Assembly (NCBI RefSeq): GCF_006345805.1 | Contig: NW_021825460.1 | Location: forward strand, 1 to 15,534 | DNA from: Octopus sinensis | Taxonomy: Eukaryota | Reading direction: 5' to 3' | Length of the DNA stretch: 15,534 nt | Part shown: piece by piece, positions 8,785 to 15,534 of the stretch | Position numbering within the stretch: the first letter of the stretch is position 1 | How the letters are laid out: each line of letters begins with the position of its first letter | Program-made: the position numbers and the translations under genes | The notes under the pieces: model-generated | What the model was told of the DNA's origin: nothing | What the model saw: the letters and a program-made list of their open reading frames with translations, nothing else | Databases searched by the model: none

Positions 8785-8840
8785 GCACACGCAACATAAA
8801 CACATACACACACATACACACACATATACACACATACACG
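8725..8840. repeat. (CA)n-(TA)n compound microsatellite
   Basis: Directly visible. Confidence 0.95.
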
Positions 8841-9267
8841 CATCATCTCTAGATTAATATTTCTTCTTGCAACGAATTCCGTTGCTTGAAAACCAGTTCA
8901 TCCAAAACGCGAGTAAATAGATACGAATTAATTGTTCGAATCTATTTGGAGAGAAGAAATATAGAAGAAAGAAGGAAACGGTGATCGGAAAAGGACGAAT
9001 TAAGCATGACGGCAGGCATGACGCTTTGGTTGGTGGGAAGAATATTGAGTGTACAAACCATAAGAATGATAAGGAGGAGCGACAACGGAGGTGTGTGGTG
9101 GGAGGAACCAAATCAATAAGGAATGGCTTATTACAGGCATCTGTTTATATATTCACCAAGAATGTAATAGAGTTCCACTTGTTACGTTACGTTGGAGTTT
9201 AATATTAAGAATTCCATTCGTGGTTAAGAGTCGGAATCAGATAAAGGATAGTTTACGCGATTAAATA

Positions 9268-9430
9268 GGTGCAGGCGTGGCTATGTGGTAGGAAGTCTGC
9301 TTCGCAAACACATGGTTCCGAGTTCAGTCACAATGCGTGGCACCGCGGGCAAGTGTCTTCTGCTACAGCCTCGGGTCGACCAAAGCCTTGTAAATGGATT
9401 TGCTAGACGGAAACTGTAAGAAGCCCGTCG
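9268..9430 (+). mobile_element. Family-B SINE head
   Basis: GGTGCAGGCGTGGCTATGTGGTAGGAAG...GGTTCCGAGTTCAGTCACAATGCGTGGCACCGCGGGCAAGTGTCTTC...GACGGAAACTGTAAGAAGCCCGTCG. Confidence 0.9.
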
Positions 9431-9449
9431 AAGTATATATATACATACT

Positions 9450-9645
9450 TTTTTTATTGAAGCTAAAAAGGCAGCACAAATGCTGTTATTCGGGGTTTCA
9501 GTTTCCCATTCATCGGGTGGTGGTGATAAAGTCTCTGAGTAACAGTTCTTAAGATGCTTTTGCAACTCTAATAAAGAAGCATATTACTCTACCTTCGGTA
9601 TTCGAGCACTATTTTTTCCACCTTGTTTTGTGTTTATGCGCTTAC
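9450..9645. mobile_element. Interspersed-repeat fragment, possibly a PLE terminal repeat
   Basis: Non-simple sequence between TA tracts, containing AATAAAGAAGCATATTACTCTACC...GGTATTCGAGCACTATTTTTTCCACCTTG and a degenerate hammerhead-like motif on the minus strand (9481-9520). Family assignment is from recall only. Confidence 0.35.
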
Positions 9646-9680
9646 TAATGTATATATATATATATTTATTTATTTATATA

Positions 9681-9737
<57 letters not shown>

Positions 9738-9740
9738 TAT

Positions 9741-9858
9741 ATACAAAATGGGGCAAGAACGCAAAGCATTCAAATAAACGATACAAAAAATACGGGCGGG
9801 TCATTCGAAGCCTCTAATCTTCAGTCAAGAACCGGATCATCCTCGCAATTTCGGCTGA

Positions 9859-9901
<43 letters not shown>

Positions 9902-10133
9902 ATATATATATATATATATATATGCTCTTAGCTTAGTTTTTTCTTGGAGCTGGCCAGATTGGAGCAATCTCAAGATTAATCAGCCGAAATTCCGAGGATG
10001 ATCCGGTTCTTGACTGAAGATAAAAGGCTTTGAATGACCCGTCCTTGATTTTTGTATCGTGTATCCGGATGTTTTGTTGTCCCTTTTTGTATCACCAAGT
10101 TGTCCGGATGTTTTGCGTTCTTGTCCCATTTTG

Positions 10134-10136
<3 letters not shown>
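9741..10136. repeat. Two inverted copies of one interspersed repeat (9741-9863 + and 9924-10136 -) separated and flanked by (TA)n
   Basis: Arms 9778-9863 and 9975-10060 are reverse complements at 78/86 positions; 9741-9762 also pairs with 10115-10136. Confidence 0.92.
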
Positions 10137-10190
<54 letters not shown>

Positions 10191-10260
10191 AGATACATAT
10201 ATACATACAGGATGGTTGATGGAGGGATCTATGGAAAGTTGAAGCAAAATGCGTTGCGAT

Positions 10261-10950
10261 TATTTATTCCAAATCTTAAAGGCTGCCAGCTGGTAGAATC
10301 GTTGCAACGCCAGGCAAAAGGTTTACCGGCATTTTGTACGAGTTCAAATTCTCCCGAGGTCAGCTTTGCTTTTCATCCTTTCGAGGGCGATAAAATAAGT
10401 ACCAGTTGAACGCTGGGATCGATGTAATCGACGTACACCCTCCCCCGAAGTTGCTGGAATTGTGCCTAAATTTGAAATCGATATTTATTCCATATCTTAA
10501 CAACGGTGAGCTGGTAAAATCGCTGGCACGCGCGCCAGAATGCTTAGCGGCATTTCCTACGACTGTGAGTCTGTAAAAATGACTTCGTATTTTTGTGTCT
10601 AACTACCAACCCTGCTGTTTCCACACCAAGCCGTCCAGGCTATCGATGTCCAGAGATAAAATGTTTATTCAGGCGAAATAAATTATTATTGTTATTTGCT
10701 CGGAGAGATCTTGTCCTCGCCTTTTCCTTCCATGAATTGTGTATGGAATTGGGAAGCACCCATCCAGTGCCAACTCATTTCCTACAATTCTGAGTCCAAA
10801 TTTTTGTGAGGTCAAATTTGCTTTCTGCCTTTCGGAGAGAATAATACGAGTACCAGTCAAGCACTGGGTTGATGTAATCGGTCAGATCCCTCCTCTAAAA
10901 TTCCAGGCCTTGTACTTATAGTAGAAAACAATATTTATTCCAGCCCTTAA
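10261..10950 (+). mobile_element. Tandem pair of diverged family-A SINEs bracketed by three copies of a 19-bp direct repeat; the second SINE is interrupted by an insert
   Basis: TATTTATTCCAAATCTTAA (10261), TATTTATTCCATATCTTAA (10482), TATTTATTCCAGCCCTTAA (10932). SINE units lie at about 10280-10481 and 10501-10931. Confidence 0.85.
10561..10775. other. 215-bp unidentified insert inside a SINE, flanked by the 10-bp direct repeat CATTTCCTAC
   Basis: CATTTCCTAC at 10551-10560 and 10776-10785. The SINE A-box half lies to the left and the B-box half (TTCTGAGTCCAAATT) resumes to the right. Confidence 0.6.
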
Positions 10951-11419
10951 CATTTTGCATTATCCTTCTGAAACTAATAAAACATATTAGTGAAGAATTA
11001 CGGTAAATTGAACCAACAGCTGATCTCTAACAAGATGGGGTGGGCTAGCATAATACGGCAGAGCCCAGAATCATTGCCTAATTGCAAAGGGTAGCGACCA
11101 GAGATGAAGTGACACCCCGATTAGATTACAATGCTATCACACCCATATTATCAACTTTTCTATAATACTTCACCAGTATCACGAACACATATAGCATGTA
11201 AACATACATCATATATACACCATGTTTAGAAGCTGACCCTATTAAAAGGTATAGTGCGAAGAATCAAGAAAAGGAATCGCTTTTAGAATGTAAATTATAA
11301 TTAAAGCAAGCTCGTGGGAATTAAAATTTATGGACACACATAAATATTAATTATGGTCATGAGAATAAATTATTTCCGCAATTATTGCCTTATTTATAAT
11401 ATTAATATTATAAGTGACT

Positions 11420-11630
11420 ATATATACGTACATGCACATTCACAGTCACACACAAACTTACACGCGCATACATATATTAAATACACACATATATATACGT
11501 ATATATATATATATATATGTATAAATACGTACATTCATACATATATACATGTATCTGTGTATGTATGCATGTATGTGTGTATATATATATACATATACAT
11601 ACGTACATACACACATACATACATATATAA

Positions 11631-11667
<37 letters not shown>

Positions 11668-11728
11668 ACACACACATATATATATATATATATATCACGT
11701 CTTTACGTGATCCACATGTGTGCGTATG

Positions 11729-11809
<81 letters not shown>

Positions 11810-11945
11810 CGTATGTACGTATATATGTATATTGATGCTTTGCTTTGTAAGTGTGTGTGCCAGAATGTGTATTTGCGTATGTTTGTTTATGTGCCTCTGT
11901 GTGTATGTATGTGTACGTGTGTGTGTGTGTGTTGCGTGTGTGTTT
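11420..11945. repeat. Long compound (TA)n/(CA)n/(TG)n microsatellite
   Basis: Directly visible; source of the YI/HT/CV ORFs. Confidence 0.95.
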
Positions 11946-12449
11946 ACTATTTAATGTCTCAATACTTTCCACTTCGTACAGCATGCAAAAATAGATTAAA
12001 ATAGGAAAAAAAAATTAAGGAAACGAGTAACAATAAATAAATAAATTAGTTTCATTATGAATTAATTAAAATGACGGAATTTGCCTCATTAGACATAGTG
12101 TCGACTTCGGATTATTCCTTGACAGCTGTTGAAATCAGGTCAAGGTTGACTCAAAGAAAATGAAGAATTTCAAATAAATGAAATGACCTAAGGGAGATAA
12201 CTCAAGTGGGATAATGACATGAATTTTGATGAATCTGTGAAAGGGTCATTTAGTGAATGATGTAGGCAAAAGAAAATTCTTAATTAATTGAAAATTCCTT
12301 CCTTATAGTTGGAGAGTGAAAACAAAACCCAAGCGATAAGTTTAATTAAAGAAATATACTTGCTTTTATTTATTTATCCATGTATTTCTTTGTATTTTTT
12401 AAAAACAATTAAAATGTCGAAAATAAAAAAAAAACACACCCAAGCGAGA

Positions 12450-13144
12450 GGAATTAAATGAAATGTTGATTTCAAATTTTGGCTTAAGGGCAACGGTTTC
12501 AAGTCAATTACATCGACAACAGTGTTCTGCTGGTACTTATTTTATTGAAACCGAAAGTGAAAGTAGACACCAGCTAAATTTGGACTCAGGACGTAAAAAT
12601 GGACGAATGCCACTAACCATTTTGCCCGGCGCGCTAATGATTCGCCCAGCACGCTGCCTCGGGATTTAATAAGCTATCGGTCTCAAATTATAGTAGAAGG
12701 CCAGCAATTGCGGGGGAGGGGTTATAGTCGATAGCATTGACCCCAAATTGTTAACTGGTACTTATTTCATCGACCCCCGAACGGATGAAAAGTTAAGTCG
12801 AACTTGGCGGAATTCGAACTTGGATCGTAAAGCTGAACGATATGCCGCTAATTATTTTGCCAGGTGCGCTAACGATTCTGCCAGCTCGCCGCCTTGGAAT
12901 TAAATAAGCTATTGATTTCAAATTATGGCACAAGGCCTGCAATTGCGGAGGAGGAGTAAAAAAATCGATTACATCGATCCCCCCCCACACACACACACAT
13001 TGCCAAATGGAACTTATTTCATCCACCCCAACAGAATTTGAACTCACAACGTAACGCAGACGAAATACCGCTAAGCATTTTGTCCGGCGCACAAACGTTT
13101 CTGCCATCTCACCAGCTCGCTGCCTCGGAATTAAATAAACTATT
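12450..13144 (-). mobile_element. Tandem array of three diverged family-A SINEs bracketed by four copies of an approximately 18-bp direct repeat
   Basis: GGAATTAAATAAGCTATT-like motif at 12450, 12661, 12896 and 13127 (periods 211, 235, 231). Each interval contains the reverse complement of tail, central domain, B-box and A-box. Confidence 0.88.
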
Positions 13145-13375
13145 CGACCGGCAGATAAATTCGTTCAGTTTTCATATTTTTCTTGTTTCTCTTTTCTTTT
13201 CTTTTCTTTTCTTTTTTTTCTTTTTTTTTTTTTTTGATTCCTTGTTTTTACTACTTGGCACTCCATTGTCATGTGTTTCAAAAGAAGTAAAAGTCTTTCA
13301 AATTTCAAAAATAATGATAAAAATTGGTGTAGATTTTAGATCTACAAAAACCATAGAACACTACGAGAAAAATAT

Positions 13376-13591
13376 CCTTTTCTACTCTAGGCACAAGGCC
13401 AGAAATTCTGGGGGAGGGGGCGAGTAGTTTACATCGACCGCAGTACGCAGCTGGTACTTAATTTATCGACCTCGAAAGGAGGAAAGGCAAAGTCGACTTC
13501 GGTGGAATTTGAACTCAGAACGTAGCGGCAGATGAAATACCGCTACGCATTTTCGCCCGACGTGCTAACGTTTCTGCTAGCTCGCCACCTT
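13376..13591 (-). mobile_element. Family-A SINE, full-length monomer with a 16-bp TSD
   Basis: Complete head-to-tail match. TSD ACTACGAGAAAAATAT (13360-13375) / ACTACGTCAAAAATAT (13592-13607). Confidence 0.93.
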
Positions 13592-14150
13592 ACTACGTCA
13601 AAAATATTTTTATTTTTGAATAACATTTCAAGGGAATAAAATCAATGAAATGGAAAAAAAATAAATAAACGAATGTATTTATCTGACAACCCTTTATATG
13701 AATATTTTCTTTATTTCCTTTTAGATTTGTTCAATTTTTTAAAACATTTTTTATTTTACGATTCTTTAATTTTTCTTTTTAAATTTAAAATCATATTTGT
13801 TTTCCTGCCATTGGTCACAACTGCATTATTTTAATTATATCCTAAAAACAAAACACCTTCACATATGTTAGCTGTACGTGCGTATATGGTTCTGGAGGCG
13901 ATTCGAACAGAAAGTGTTTACAAAAGAATAGAAATTTTTACTCGTTATTTTATAAAGTGTAAAATGTGCCTGAGTATTCCATAAGGACTCAATGTGACAA
14001 ATTGTATTTTTTTTTTTTTTTGGCCTTTTGATTCCTCATGGGGCTTCTCTAATATTATAGCTTAAATTGAAGGTTATTCCACATAATTCTCAGTCAGATT
14101 CCGGTTTACACTGAACCATTGAATATATTTTTAATTGCAGAGTATTTTAA

Positions 14151-14336
14151 GGCGACGAGCTGGCAGAATCGTTAAGACGCCGGGCGAAATGCTTAGCGGC
14201 ATTTTGTCTGTCTTTACGTTTCGAATTCAAATGCCGCCGAGGTCGACTTTGCCTTTCATCCCTTTGGGGTCGATTTGCTCGACTAAAGGCGGTGCTCCAG
14301 CATGGCCGCAGTCAAATGACAGAAACATGTAAAAGA
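14151..14336 (+). mobile_element. Chimeric SINE: family-A head and central domain fused to the family-B 3' end
   Basis: GGCGACGAGCTGGCAGAATC...GAGGTCGACTTTGCCTTTCATCCCTTT-GGGGTCGAT (14266-14274)-TTGCTCGACTAAAGGCGGTGCTCCAGCATGGCCGCAGTCAAATGAC. Confidence 0.88.
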
Positions 14337-15026
14337 TGGTATAACAGTCTCGTTCCCAGTAATTATCTGTTCATCAGTGATTATTAATCTGTTGCAGTAA
14401 ATCTAATTCGTGAACAATACGATTCTATTATCTTTTTACGTGATTTATCGAAAACTGTTTTAAACTAAGATTTTATCAACAAATCCTTCCATTTACGATA
14501 CCTGAAAGGAGATATGGACAATACTATCTCCAACCATATCAGGTTAGAGAAAGAAATGGACTCTGTTGCGTTCCACAACTTAGGTATTGCTAGTTTCCGT
14601 TTAAATATCCGCTGCAAGATTTGTTTCTATGAAACGTTAATCTTATTTTCGAATAAAAATGGATTAAATCCGCGTTCAGTGATTCTTTATTATTACATAG
14701 CATCTTGGAAGAACCGACTTTGTAGGAATTTACATTTGTATGATTAAACTGGATAATGTAAAATTTTAACAAATGGAATCACACGAAAATTTTTTCTCAT
14801 CTCCGGTTTCAAAAATGAATGACATTTAACCATTAGGAATTATTTACGTGGCACTCTGTAGTTTTTTTTTTATCACATATTTTTCATATGCTTTTCAGTT
14901 GTGTGTATGTGTGATTCTACGTATTTGTGTATGTGTACACGTGTGTTTGTATGCGTGTGTTGCTTTTATGCAGAGTCATATAACTTTGAGAAAATTCTTC
15001 CTGTTTTAACTTCGGTAACTATTTTT

Positions 15027-15250
15027 CTCTTTTACTCTTTTACTTGTTTCAGTCATTTGACTGTGACCATGCTGGAGCAACGCCTTTAGTCGAGCCGATC
15101 GACCCCATGACTTCTTTGTAAGCCTAGTACTTATTCTATCAGTCTCTTTTGCCGAACCGCTAAGTTACGGGGACGTAAACACACCAGCATCGGTTGTCAA
15201 GCGATGTTGGGGGACAAAGACACACACATATATATACATATATATATATA
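15027..15250 (-). mobile_element. Family-B SINE, 3' half plus internal microsatellite
   Basis: CTCTTTTACTCTTTTACTTGTTTCAGTCATTTGAC...GCCGAACCGCTAAGTTACGGGGACGTAAACACACC; reverse complement of 601-800. Confidence 0.9.
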
Positions 15251-15400
15251 ATGAGCTGATATAATTCTGCATATTGTGTTGGTGACCTGATATAATTTTC
15301 CAATATTTTGGTAACTTATTTGTTTTATGCGTCAAGTTACAACAAAAACAAGGCCCGGCGATTCGTGTAGAGGTCATCGTGTTGCAATCTAAAGTCACAA

Positions 15401-15475
15401 GAGATGTCACGCAATGGGATCGAACAAGAGATCTCGTGATTACAGGCTGAACTCTTTAACCATTCGGCCATTCAG
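15401..15475 (-). mobile_element. Diverged tRNA-derived SINE head
   Basis: The minus strand has TGGCCGAATGGTTAAAG (A box) and TTGTTCGATCCC (B box), followed by ATTGCGTGACATC, which resembles the family-B ACTGCGTGGCACC. Confidence 0.55.
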
Positions 15476-15534
15476 TCTCAGCACTAGGGTCTAAATATTG
15501 CTCAAATAATTGCTTCTTTAATTAATAAGTTATT

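Noticed and set aside
8868-8944. Small hairpins GCAACG-AATTC-CGTTGC and TAGATACGAA...TTCGAATCTA
   Set aside because: Short stems are expected by chance in 15 kb, with no supporting context.
10013-10044. CTGAAGA...GAAT as a hammerhead core (also its inverted copy near 9800-9825)
   Set aside because: GAAA is replaced by GAAT in both copies and no stem II or stem I pairing can be drawn.
11020-11120. MGWASIIRQSPESLP...KG*RP as a third RTE fossil
   Set aside because: The conserved His is missing and the spacing to the G.RP motif is about 7 residues too short; compatible with chance.
12450-13144. Regularly spaced short direct repeats resembling a CRISPR array (also 10261-10950)
   Set aside because: The spacers are 200+ bp, mutually homologous SINE copies in eukaryotic DNA, and there are no cas genes.
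15256-15316. Degenerate approximately 30-bp tandem duplication CTGATATAATT... (also 11-16-bp duplications at about 810-840 and 3299-3322)
   Set aside because: Ordinary local slippage duplications with no further structure.
15401-15475. Possible tRNA gene (A box, CTGTAAT loop, B box)
   Set aside because: Acceptor, anticodon and T stems do not pair convincingly and the 3' side continues into SINE-like sequence. tRNAscan-SE would settle it.

Overview
AT-rich eukaryotic DNA, almost entirely repeats, with no intact protein-coding gene. The repeat families match what I recall of octopus (coleoid cephalopod) genomes; this is inference and was not checked by a search. The window contains: (i) many copies of two tRNA-derived SINE families, here called family A (GGCGGCGAGCTGGCAGAA...GAGTTCAAATTCCGCCGAGGTCGAC...) and family B (CORE-like head, internal microsatellite, long tail); (ii) two decayed C-terminal remnants of RTE-clade LINE ORFs (1306-1877 +, about 3400-3860 -), the first with three C2H2-type zinc-finger repeats; (iii) probable Penelope-like terminal-repeat fragments, one with a minimal hammerhead-ribozyme-like motif; (iv) microsatellite and polypurine tracts. 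All ORFs in the supplied track except 1370..1720 are microsatellite, low-complexity, repeat-derived or unrecognisable. The most notable structure is how the SINEs are organised: a multimeric family-A unit with fixed junctions, two tandem SINE arrays punctuated by TSD-like direct repeats, an A/B chimera, and a TSD-flanked insert inside a SINE. Family names come from memory and need Dfam/Repbase confirmation.
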